Shown here piece after piece: positions 11,601 to 23,685 of a stretch of 64,000 nucleotides of DNA (position 1 is the stretch's first letter; every line of letters starts with the position of its first letter). The position numbers and the translations under genes were made by a program. The DNA is from Azolla caroliniana (taxonomy: Eukaryota; Plantae; Polypodiophyta): the NCBI GenBank assembly GCA_043228905.1, contig JBHGNT010000010.1:13950001-14014000 (forward strand), given 5' to 3'. Below the pieces are notes generated by a model. It saw only the letters and a list, made by a program, of their open reading frames with translations, had not been told where the DNA came from and ran no database searches.

Positions 11601-14600
11601 CGAATTGTCACCTTGTTGACAGGTTGAAGATCTTGAATGAATCGCAACGATCCATTCTTCTTTGGCACCATGAACCATCTATTAGAATAAGGAGTGTTCG
11701 ACGGTTCCAAAATTCCCATCCTCACCTTCTCCTTTAAGAGCTCGATCAGCTTCGGTAGGTGTGCTCTCGGAACCTGTATTAGTTTAAATTCCAAGGCACA
11801 TGTGGCACCGTGAAGATCACCATCGGTTCTACCATCCTTGGATTAGCACGTCCGATTTCTTGTGGGAAAAATGTGAAAGCCTTCCCATGTCTTTCAAGCA
11901 TTTCGCAGAACATTTGCTCCTCTTCAGGAAGGAGGAAATCCTCCCTTCCAACTCATAGCTTTCCCTTCGCCTCTTCAGTGAAGACGTGACCAATTGTATT
12001 TGGGTTCCTTAAGCTTGGATCTTTTGCAACTTCCTTCATCTTTTGCCAGCTATCTTCCGATAGTGGAACTGCAACTGGCTTGACCTTCCTATCCACGGTT
12101 TTATATTTTGTGTTGACTTCGGCTTCCTCTATCAAGATGCCTCGATGATATTCATCGATGATAGCATACATGTTGACGGAGTTAATCGAAATCACATGTT
12201 GATGGTGAGGATAGCTCAAGTCCATGACTTCCTCGATTTTGCCGATGGTGTCGTTAAATGAGGCTTCCTCCAGAATATAAGACACGAATTCTTCTTCTTC
12301 GATTATGCTTTCTTCTTTCAGCACCTCCTCGAAGTCTTGTATCAGACACTTTTCCTCCTTGTTGAGTGATCTTAGTTTGCATGCGCCGCTAGGTGTGACG
12401 CATGTTGCTTCTCTTTGCAATCCACGCACTCTGCTTCCTTGTGGGGACTTATGATTGCTCGGACTATTTGTGCCCCATACTTCAATAGTTCACTTTAAAA
12501 ATCTGAGGATTCACCTCCAAGGCTATCTCAGTTCCTTTCGTGATTAGCTCGCACCATTAGGAATTGAACAGATCTTTTACTATCAAGACTCTTGACGCGC
12601 ACGAAGGTTGCTCCATTATCGAACACCTTGGTCTCCATCCGGGACGATGTTATATACGGTTGTCCTAGGATGACAAGATGCGAAGCCGAGTCTTGCACGA
12701 AGAAGTGTTGATCAATCTCCACATCCCCGATCGTGACTTTAACGTTGGGGCAAGCTCCGTACAAGTCCTCCGTAGCCTTCGTCGCCGCTCGAATCTTCCA
12801 TCCGTGGTTTGTATTAATCGGCCATCTTCCTTTCTTGTAGAACTCGGTCAACATGAGGTTAATCTCCGAGCCATGGTCAATCAAGGCTACCACGGTTTCT
12901 TTCTTCTCCCTGATCTTCACCGGCTTCTACGTTGTCGCTCTTGCCCAATGAGGTCGAGAGTAATGGCTATCTGCCACCACTTCTTCTTCCTCCTCCTCTT
13001 CCAATCTTTCCATGGTTATGGCACTTGTTTTCACCTCCTCTTCATCAGATTGTTGCCGCTTCCTTTTAATAAGGTCCACAATAGTATCATGGAACTCCTT
13101 CTTCACGATCCCAAGCAGTTCTCTCAAAGTAAGGTCAACATGACTGTCTAAAACCTTCTCCTCAAGGATCTTCCGCAAGTCAGTTGTTTGTTCTATGTCC
13201 GATCTTAACTTGTAAGTCGGTGCCACTCGTTCTTTTCCTTTCTTCGTTGATTCTTCGACCTCGTTCTTTTCCTTGCTTCTCCTCAAAGCCTTCAGGTTGT
13301 TGCATGTAAATTTCTTCTTCTAGCTCCCCGTGCAGAAATGCGGTTTTGACATCCAACTGTTCAATCTCTAGGTCCAAACTGGCCGCAATGCTAAGAACAG
13401 TTCGAATGGATGTCATCTTCATGACTGGTGCGAATATTTCGTCAAAGTCGACACCCTTCTTCTGTTGGAAACCCTTCACCACTATGCGGGCTTTATACCT
13501 AGGCTTGTTGTCGACTTCTCCAGTCTTCACCTTGTAGACCCATTTATTCCTGAGTGCTCTCTTACCTTTCGACAGCTCTACTAAGTCGTAGGTGTAATTC
13601 ACGTGCAAGGGTTCCATCTCCTCTTGCATCACGCTCAGCCATTTATCTTTGCTCTTGTCGGCAATGGCTTCTTCATAGCACTCCGGTTCACCGTCATCAG
13701 TCAAGAGGACGTATTGATTGGCATATGTAATCGGTGCCTTCCTTTCTTTGAGTGGGTATCTTCGTCCACTCGTTGTTGGCTCCAGTTTGGATGTCTCTGC
13801 CAACTCTTCTCTCTGCTCGGGATTCTGTTCGTCAATCGGCATCTCTAGGTTGGATAACTCCAACTCATATTCATCAATTGACTTCAACAGTTCTACCGAC
13901 TCTGACTCATAGTCTGTCGGTCTTTCCGAGTCGACCGACTCAGATTTGGCTCTGTCAGCCATTTGTCTCCTTATAGCTATCGGTGACGACTCACTTGGCC
14001 TTGTAAAGATTCAAACTCTTGACACGACCATGTTATAATCTAGTATTATGAGTTAACCAAGATATCTAGTACATAGTTATGTATGTAATTGGTCCTTATT
14101 ATTTTGCTAGCATCATGTGCATAGTTGCTCCCTTGTAGTATTTACACTTGGCACATGCATACATACCTACATGCTCTATTGTAGATTCACATGTGTGCAA
14201 CAATTATGCATGCCATGTAGTATAAATAGAGGAGTTCACCTTGAAGGAATTCAAGGTGAACAACACCAGTTATGGAGTCTTTCCTTTAATACTATCTTCT
14301 TTCTTGTCCATTTGGTTATCTTCTTGCTTGTCTCTTGAGCTTATGATCCGTGACACTTTGTTCACCTTCCCATCCTCATAGCTCTTCCCCTCATAAGCCA
14401 TAGCTATGTCCGACTCAACTAGTGAGTTAGGCCAAATAATGGTAGCCTTACGACAACTACAACTTGAAAATGAAGCTCTTCGAAATTCTTTACAAGAACT
14501 TCAAGTCAGTACCTCCCTATCCTCACAACCCCCGAACCCTAGTCTCCCACAACAACCTAGCCTAGAGCCCGATCTTCTACCAACATCTAGCCTAGCTTCG

Positions 14601-17600
14601 TCACAGTTTCTTGAGCCTAAGGTTAGCCTCCCAGAAAAATTTGATGGAACGAGGTCGCGTTTCCGAGGGTTCATCAACCAAGTTCGACTTATCATTCGGC
14701 TACAACCTCAACGTTATGGAGATGGTCTTTGACAAGTCGGCCTTGTGGGCACCCTTCTCTCCGGTCCGGCCCAAGCTTGGTTTGCACCATTGGTAGAAAC
14801 CTCGTCACCTCTATTGGAGAACTTTCCCGCCTTCCTCGCCGAGTTAGAGGCCACATTTGGAGAGACGGACCGACGATGTACAACTCTTAACAAGATTTAT
14901 GCACTCGAACAAGGTTCGCGTGCAGCTTCGGTCTATGCTTTAGAATTTCAACAACTAGCATGTGACGTCAATTGGGATGATCAAGCTTTAGCTGATCACT
15001 TTCAACGCGGCCTTCAAAGCAATGTCAAGAATCTTCTCTTAAACTTTCCGAAGCCCACCTCGTTATCCCAAGTGATTTCACAAGCAATCCATTGTGACAA
15101 TCGTCTTTTCGAATTTCGCCAAGAAGAGCGCCGGACTTGGGTTCCACCTCATTCACTTCCACGCCACGCCCCGGTCATACAACCCCAGGCATCCTCACAC
15201 TCGCCTACTTTGGCAGATGCTCCTATCCCCATGGAAATTGATCAAGCCCGATTTTGGCCATTGACTGATGCTGAACGACAATTTCGGCGGGCTAATGGCT
15301 TGTGCATGTATTGTGGCGCCTCCGGTCATGTCGTTCGCCATTGTCCTAGGAGTACTCGCCCACAATTCCATCGAGCTAACGGACCCCAACATCCGGAAAA
15401 CGACATCATTCGATTGCAGTAGGAGCCATGTAACTGGACATCTCCCGTCGCCCACATTCTCTTGGTTCCATTGCCGGACCATCAGGCAATTTCACATTGG
15501 AGGTATGGCTTTCGTTTAACTCTAGTTCCATTCAGTCTGTTGCTTTACTTGATTCTGGGGCATCTTCTTGCTTCATCGACGTCGCATTTGCCCAAGCACA
15601 TGGCGTACCTATCGTTGGCCTCTCAAAACCTATTCCAGTTCAAGCCATCGACGGGTGCGTCCTCTCGTCAGGTGCAATTACTCAAGCTACAATCCCATTA
15701 GGGCTTCGGGTGGGCTCACACCAGGAGGAGCTCGCCTTTTACCTCATCGCATCTCCTCGATATCCGATTGTCTTAGGACTAACGTTGTCATGATATGGCA
15801 AGACTCGAACCCATGACCTTATACTACATGGGTCGAGCTCTTGACCATTAGACTATACATTGTAATGCATAGAATATTATTTTCATTTATGTTTTATTAT
15901 AGAAAATTGATGTATATTCCAGATTTCTCTGGAACATTCTAGAAACTTCAGGAGTATTCCTTAGAACACTATAAAAGGAGGCACAAGGCATTATTTCGAA
16001 CCAAATCGGTTCAACGCCAGTCTTAAGCCTCCTAGCTATTGTACATTTTCTTCACATAATATATATCTTTTCTTATCATCACTCTCTCTCTCTCTCTCGA
16101 TCTCTCTCTCCCTCCCTCTCACTCACTCTTTCCTTCTCTCGAGAGTTCTTCACCTCTCTTAGTACTAATACTTCTTTTAGTACTAATTCCTTCTCTGTCT
16201 TAGTACTATTCCTGACAGTTTGAACCGATTTGCCTACCTTCTATCTCTCTTATTTCCTACTAATATCTTATTCCTCTTTTCTTTCATCCCATGGCCACTG
16301 TTAGCACTTAAGAATATCAATATGTTTTCTCGGAATTTCAATGCTTGAAAGAGAAGTTCCATGCTTTGGAACAAGAAAACCAACGGTTGCTGGGGGATCT
16401 TCAGCAAATCTCCTTAGAAAAGCAGCAAACGCAACAACAACATGGGGAACTTGCGTTACGCGTGCAACAACTCGAAGCAACCATCGTAGCGATGCAACAA
16501 CAAGGGCCCAAAACACAAGGGATTCATAAAGAACCCAAGATTGGCCTTCCCACGAAGTTCGATGGAACGCGATCGCAGTTTAGAGGGTTCCTTAACCAGG
16601 TACGATTAGTTATTCAAATGCATCCTTCCCGGTATCCCACCGATGCATCACGAGTGGGTTTAGTAGGCACTTTGTTAAGTGGCTCAGCGTTGGCATGGTT
16701 CGCTCCACTATTAGAAAAGGAATCCCCGTTACTCAACAATTTTGAAGAGTTTCTAGGTGAGTTTAAAGCATGTTTCGGAGATACTGACAGCATCAGGACC
16801 GTAATCAACAAAATTCGGCGATTACGCCAAGGTGACCGTCCAGCCTCTGCATATGCTGCAGATTTTCACCTACTCGCCGCCGATATCCCTTGGGATGATC
16901 AAGCGTTGATGGAGCAATTCCGTTATGGTTTACGCAACGATGTCAAGGATTTACTCTTGACCTTCCCCGAAGAGCCAAAGTCCTTAGGAGAAGCAATTAG
17001 TCGCGCGGTGAGATGTGACAACCGCCTCTTTGAGCGACGTTCGAAACGACAACTACAGATGCCGAGGGCAAGATCAGAGCCCACCTACGCCTCAGTGGTA
17101 GCAAGACCTTTTCCGAGGGAGTCATATAATGCTCCTCCAACGAATACTCCGACTCCGATGGAGATTGACACTACACGTCGTTGAGGGCCATTATCCGAAG
17201 AAGAAAAGCAGTGACGCCGTACAAATCGACTATGTCTTTACTGCGGTGGACCAGGACATATTGCAATAAATTGCCCCCATAGGCCAAGAAGACAGGTAAA
17301 CCAAATAGTCGCTAGTTCTAATTGTACTAAACCCGAGCCTATTTCAGTAGGGATATCTGATAGTCCTAATAGTACGAATAGCCCAGATCTAGCAAACAGA
17401 TTTGATGTCCTTAGTCAGTTAGAAGAAGAGTTAAACGACTAAGTCCAGCCAAAATAGGAGCCGTTTGGTTGGACAACCCTAGATCTGTGCAACCCATTAG
17501 TGGTTCCATTCCCTCTAAGCAAGTTAGTGATGTGTTCGTAGCCCAAGTAATAGTTAGTACTAAAAGTACCCCTCCAGTACATGTCCTAGCACCCCTAGAT

Positions 17601-17773
17601 TCCGGAGCTAACTCTTGCTTTATGGATAAGAAATTTGCTCAAGCTCATAAGATATCCCTAAGAAAACTCTAGTGTCCAGCCTCTGTAGTAGTCATTGATG
17701 GACGTCCCATTGCTTCCGGAAATATCATAGAAGAGTTAGAGCCCATTAATATTGTCCTAGATAACTTAGCATG

Positions 17774-20700
17774 TGTTGGGAGACAGGTCCCTCCGGATGG
17801 GAAGGGAGAAGAACAGTGCCGATGAACAAACTCGGCCGAGGCCGAAACGGTACGAGGAGCACCCGGCTACGGAGAGCCGGATGATACAGGCCCGGTATGA
17901 ACCGGATGAGGAGTACCCGGCTACCGAGAGCCGGATGATACAGGCCCGGTATGAACCGGATGAGGAGTGCCCGGCTACGGAGAGCCGGATGCCGGATGAG
18001 GAGTACCTGGCTACGGAGAGTCGGATGGTGCAGACCCGGTATGAACCGGAGGAAGAGACATATTCGTAAATATGTTTCTGAGAGCCCATTCTGGCTATAT
18101 TTGTAAATAGCCGAAAAGTCATATTAGTATAAATATGACTTAGGGCAAAACTAATTGTGTTGTTGTTACTTTTCTTGTTGGTGCAAGAAGAAGAGAGAGC
18201 ACGTAATAGTGTACAGAGTGAGAGAGAGAGAGAAAGAGGTCGTTGCCTCTGTTGTAACCGTCGCCTACGGCGAAGATCGTGAGCACGAGGTCGTTGCCTT
18301 TGTGAACTCACTGTTTTGTACATTCCAACTTAGTGATAGTTTGCAGCCTGTGGGCTGCCGTAGTTTTTCCCTCTTTGGGTTTTCCACATAAACCTCCTGT
18401 GTAGTGTGTGTATATCTTCCTCTCCTTTGTGTCGTGTTTTACTTCCCGTTTTCTGTGTATCATTCTACGCTCGGTTGTGGCCGAGCGTCGTGCATAAGGA
18501 ACGTTAGGTCCCCGTCAAGTGGTATCAGAGCAAAATCGACACAGAAAATGGACAAATCATTTGGCGGCATGTTCAAGCTCACCGGCTCCAACTATTCAGT
18601 ATGGAAGTCGAAGATGAGGGACATGCTCGTTGTTAAAGACCTTTGGCTGCCGGTTCAGTTCGGGGACAAGAGACCGGACAAAATCGACGCCGCGATATGG
18701 GAGGTGATGCACATGAAGACAACGGCGTACATACGGTGCTTCATCAACATGAGCCTATACAACAACTTCAATGAAGAGAGCAAGGCTGATGAGCTCTGGG
18801 AGAAGATCGGCATAATGTTCCAAAACAAAAATGTTGTTAATCAGGTTTCGGTATTCCGGAAGCTAGTAAGACTCCGGTACCAAGATGGCTCCAGCATGGC
18901 GGAGCACATGAATGCCTTCCAGGGGCTGATACACCAGGCAACTTCATTGGAAGTACCTCTCGTGGATGAGGTACTTGCGCTACTTCTGCTCGGTTCCCTC
19001 CCGGATAGCTGGGAGACGTTGGTTGTCACTTTGGGCAACACCGGGCCGGAAGGAAAACGGTTATCCCTAGCAAGAGTAAAGTCGAGCTTGCTAGATGAGG
19101 AGGCGCGTCGGAAAGACAAAGATACGAGCTCCGACTCCAAAGCGCTTCTTACCAAATCGGAACGTGGAAGACATAGAAACCGTAGTCCCCAGAACCGGGA
19201 GAAGTCGGGGACACGGTCAAAGTCAAGGGGGAGGCCTACTTGCTTCTATTGCGGCAAGCCGGGACACTTCCAAAAGAACTGTCGGCATTTCCGTAAAGAC
19301 AAGGAAACCGACGGTACCGATTCGAAGCAAACCTCAGACCAGAACGGTAAAGACCGAAAGGGGCCGGACCGGAAGGGAACGACGGCAATCGCGGCAAGTG
19401 AAGAAGAGTTGATGCTCATCACCGAGGAGTGTGAGATAAACCTTGCCGGCGACGAGATGACCTGGGTGGTAGACTCCGGAGCATCGTTCCACCTTACCCC
19501 AGACCGGAAATGCTTCTCATCCTACTCAGCCGGTGACCACGGTTGTGTCCAGATGGGGAATGAAGGTACATGCCGGATTATCGGCATAGGAGACGTGTGG
19601 CTGTCAACACCAACCGGATGCAAGTTGCTGCTGAAGGACACGTTCCGGAAGTTCGTCTGAACCTGATATCAGCCGGTCGGCTAGATGATGAAGGCTACAC
19701 AGGTAGCATCCGGAATGGTGTCATGAAGTTCAGCAAAGGGAGCCTGATTGTGGCTCGGGCCCGGAAGGTAAACACACTGTACCTGATGAATGCCCGGTTA
19801 TGTCCGGAAGAAGTGAACGTGGCATCCGACACTGCCGGTGAGCTGTGGCACAAGAGGCTGTGTCATATGAGTGAGAAGGGGATGAAGAGGCTTGCAGACG
19901 ACAACCTTATTCCAGTGAAGAACGTGCACTTAGAGAGGTGCACTGATTGTCTGGCCGGTAAGCAGAACCGGACCTCCTTCCGACCAAGGCCACCGATGAG
20001 ACGTAATGCACCACTGGAGTTGGTGCATACGGATGTGTGTCAAGTAGACACGAAGTCACATGCCGGAGCGCAGTACTTCGTAACGTTCATAGATGACCAC
20101 AGCCGGAAGCTGTGGGCCACACCGTTGAAGACAAAGGATCAGGTGTTATCCGTCTTCAAAGAGCTCCACGCGAGAGTGGAAAGAGAAACCGGCCGGAAGC
20201 TGAAGGCGGTTCGAGCAAATAACGGAGGAGAGTACCGGGGGCAGTTCGAGGAGTACTGCCGCTCGAAGGGAATCCGACTCGAATTTACCGTGCCGAAGAC
20301 GCCGGAACTAAACGGACTGGCCGAGAGGATGAACCGAGAGGATGAACCGGCACTGTCGACGGCGACATACGTGATAAATAGATCACCCTCAGTACCCTTG
20401 GACGGAGACACGCCACACAGAGTGTGGACCGGTAAGGAAGTATCCTACCGGCATCTGAAGGTGTTCGGGTGTCTCGCTTACGTGCATGTAGCTAAGGACC
20501 GGAGAGGTAAGTTAGATCCAAAGACCCGGCCATGCATATTCCTCGGTTACGGTGACGATGAGTTCGGCTACTGAGTGTGGGACCCGGTCGACAAGAAGGT
20601 ATTCCGGAGTCAAGATATTATCTTCATGGAGGACAAGACGCTCGCCGACTGGGAGTCGGAGAAGAAGATAATGAACTCCGAGTCGACCGGTAAGGATAGA

Positions 20701-23244
20701 CTCTACGATGAGCAGACCCAACCAGCAAGAGACCAGTTAGCACTCGAGGAACCAGCCGGTTACGGTGAGGATACCGAACCGACAGAAGAAGAAGAAGAGG
20801 AAGCTGAGACCGGAACCGGCCAAGACCCCGAATCGGATTCGGATGAAGAGCACATGGATGAGCCGGTCACCGAAGCCCAAAGACGGAGATATCCTCTCAG
20901 AGAGAGAAGGCCCCCCCGGAGATTTCCGGATGCAGAGCATGTTCTGCTGACCGATGAGGGGGAGCCGGAAAGCTTCGAAGAAATGAAGGAAGACACCTAC
21001 ATGGGAACCATACATACGAATTGGTGGACCTGCCGAAAGGAAAGCGGGCACTCCGAAACAAGTGGGTGTACAAGTTGAAACCGGGAGATGCCGGCAACCC
21101 TCCGAGATACAAAGCAAGGATCGTGGTGAAGGGGTTCCAGTAGAAGAAGGGCGTGGACTTCGACGAGATATTTGCCCCTGTAGTAAAGATGACCTCCATC
21201 CGGACGGTGTTGAGTATAGCAGCAAGCATGGACCTTGAGGTAGAGCAGCTGGACATGAAGACGGCATTCCTTCACGGCGACCTTGAAGAAGAGATCTACA
21301 TGCAGCAACCGGAAGGATTTGTGGAGAAAGGGAAGGAGCACCTGGTATGCCGGTTGAAGAAGAGCCTGTACGGAATTGAAGCAGGCTCCCCGGCAATGGT
21401 ACCGGAAGTTCGACTCCTTCATGACCGATCAAGGGTACCACAAGACACAGGCCGATCACTGTGTGTTTGTGAAGAAGTTCGAAGGAGGCGACTTCTTAAT
21501 ACTCCTCCTGTACGTAGATGACATGTTGATCGTCGGACGTGACCAAGTCAAAATACGGATGCTGAAGAAGGCTCTCAACCGGACCTTCTCAATGAAAGAC
21601 TTGGGTCCGGCAAGACAGATGTTGGGGATGCACATCATTCGGGACCGGTTAAAGAAGCAACTATGGCTGTCACAGGAGAAGTATGTGACAAAGGTGCTTC
21701 ACCGGTTCAACATGTCAGAAGCGAAACCTTTCGGATCGACACTTCCGGCAAACTACAGGCTATCCGGCAAGCAAAGCCCGAAGACGAAAGCAGAGAAGGC
21801 GGATATGATGAAGATTCCATATGCCTCTGCCGTCGGGAGCTTGATGTATGCTATGGTGTGTACCCGACCGGATATAGGATACGCAGTCGGAGTGGTGAGC
21901 CGGTTCATGAGTAATCCCGGCAAGGAGCATTGGAACGCGGTCAAATGGATACTCCGGTATTTGAAGGGCACTTCAAATATGTGTCTCCGATTCGGCTCCG
22001 GAAAACCTCAACTGGACGGTTTCACCGATTCGGACATGTCGGCTGATGTGGATACCAGCCGGTCTACATCCGGGTATGTGATGACATATGCAGGGGGAGC
22101 TGTTTCGTGGCAGTCGAGGCTGCAGAAGACGGTTGCATTGTCAACCACAGAGGCGGAGTACATGGCGGCTGTGGAAGCCGGCAAGGAAATTTTATGGATG
22201 AAGGACTTCATTGGAGAGCTCGGTATACGGCAAGAGGAATACCGACTCTACTGCGACAGTCAAAGTGCCATCCACCTTGCTAAAAATGCGGCCTACCATT
22301 CCCGGACGAAGCATATCCAGCGGAGGTATCACTGGATCCGGGAAAGAGTAGATGACCAGGAGTTCGCACTGACGAAGATCCACACGGACGAGAACGGGTC
22401 AGATATGCTGACCAAAGTGTTGACACCCGACAAGCTGGATGCATGCCGGAAGAGAATCGGACTGGAAAGACACCCCATGCCGGAGTGAAGGGGGAGTTTG
22501 TTGGGAGACAGGTCCCTCCGGATGGGAAGGGAGAAGAATAGTGCCGACGAACAAACTCGGTCGAGGCCGAAACGGTACGAGGAGCACCCGGCTACGGAGA
22601 GCCGGATGATACAGGCCCGGTATGAACCGGATGAGGAGTACCCGGCTACCGAGAGCCGGATGATACAGGCCCGGTATGAACCGGATGAGGAGTACCCGGC
22701 TACCGAGAGCCGGATGCCGGATGAGGAGTACCTGGCTACGGAGAGCCGGATGGTGCAGACCCGGTATGAACCGGAGGAAGAGACATATTCGTAAATATGT
22801 TTCTGAGAGCCCATTGTGGCTATATTTGTAAATAGCCGAAAAGTCATATTAGTATAAATATGACTTAGGGCAAAACTAATTGTGTTGTTGTTACTTTTCT
22901 TGTTGGTGCAAGAAGAAGAGAGAGCACGTAATAGTGTACAGAGTGAGAGAGAGAGAGAGAAAGAGGTCGTTGCCTCTGTTGTAACCGTCGCCTGCGGCGA
23001 AGATCGTGAGCACGAGGTCGTTGCCTTTGTGAACTCACTGTTTTGTACATTCCAACTTAGTGATAGTTTGCAGCCTGTGGGCAGCCGTGGTTTTTCCCTC
23101 TTTGGGTTTTCCACGTAAACCTCCTATGTAGTGTGTGTATATCTTCCTCTCCTTTGTGTCGTGTTTTACTTCCCGTTTTCTGTGTATCATTCTACGCTCG
23201 GTTGAGGCCGAGCGTCGTGCATAAGGAACGTTAGGTCCCCGTCA
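17774..23244 (+). mobile_element. Full-length but mutated Ty1/Copia element D nested in the protease of C; LTRs 17774-18517 and 22499-23244
   Basis: LTRs of ~745 bp with about 13 substitutions and TSD GCATG on both sides. PBS TGGTATCAGAGC at 18520-18531, PPT GAAGGGGGAG. The gag-PR-IN-RT-RNaseH region 18548-22488 has stops, frameshifts and small deletions. Confidence 0.97.
17845..18055. repeat. 54-bp tandem repeat in U3 of the element D LTR (also at 22570-22780)
   Basis: CCGGTATGAACCGGATGAGGAGTACCCGGCTACGGAGAGCCGGATGATACAGGC, about 4 copies. Confidence 0.9.
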
Positions 23245-23685
23245 GCATGTGTAGTATCATTTGATATTATTAGTATCCCAGAACATCCCATAGTTTTAGG
23301 ATTACCGTGGTTCGAGTTACATAACCCAAACATAGATTGGAGAACAAGAGAAATCCGGTGTCGACAAACCCAAGGGTCAACTCAGAAGATGGCAACCATT
23401 TCGCTACGTCAGTTGCGTAAAGAAGGGCACAAGGTGGAAATGTTCCTCTTTGCAATATCAATAAACCCCTCCAACACCACTAAAGAAGGATCCACCGTTC
23501 AACTTCCCGAGAAATATTGTCATCACGCCGATGTGTTCGATAAAGTACAAGCCAACACACTTCCTCATCATCAACCGTACGATTGCCCCATCGATTTACA
23601 GCCGGGAAAAGAGCCGCCATGGGGACCGATCTACAATTTGTAACCAACCGAGCTGGAAGTCCTTCGGGCCTATATAGGGGAGAAT

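Larger units (their letters stand above)
7680..13286 (-). mobile_element. Decayed Ty3/Gypsy element (fungal-type pol), 5'-truncated: gag end-PR-RT-RNaseH-IN, PPT, 3' LTR 7680-8926
   Basis: PR ALIDHGSEINL, RT PYSNRWF..PKKNGSLRFIQDL and PFLDD, RNase H VDTSPIGIG, IN GHRG..C..C and VADRGE. On the minus strand the PPT GGTGGGGGCGAA precedes TGTCGTG at 8926, and the LTR ends CGACA at 7680. Confidence 0.88.

Noticed and set aside
15796-15862. Functional tRNA gene in the C LTR
   Set aside because: Acceptor and anticodon stems do not pair, so it is reported only as a promoter-like remnant.
17773-18069. Repetitive ORF (YEPDEEYPATESRMIQAR) and its antisense ORFs, duplicated at 22498
   Set aside because: By-product of the 54-bp tandem repeat in the LTR U3; no coding evidence.
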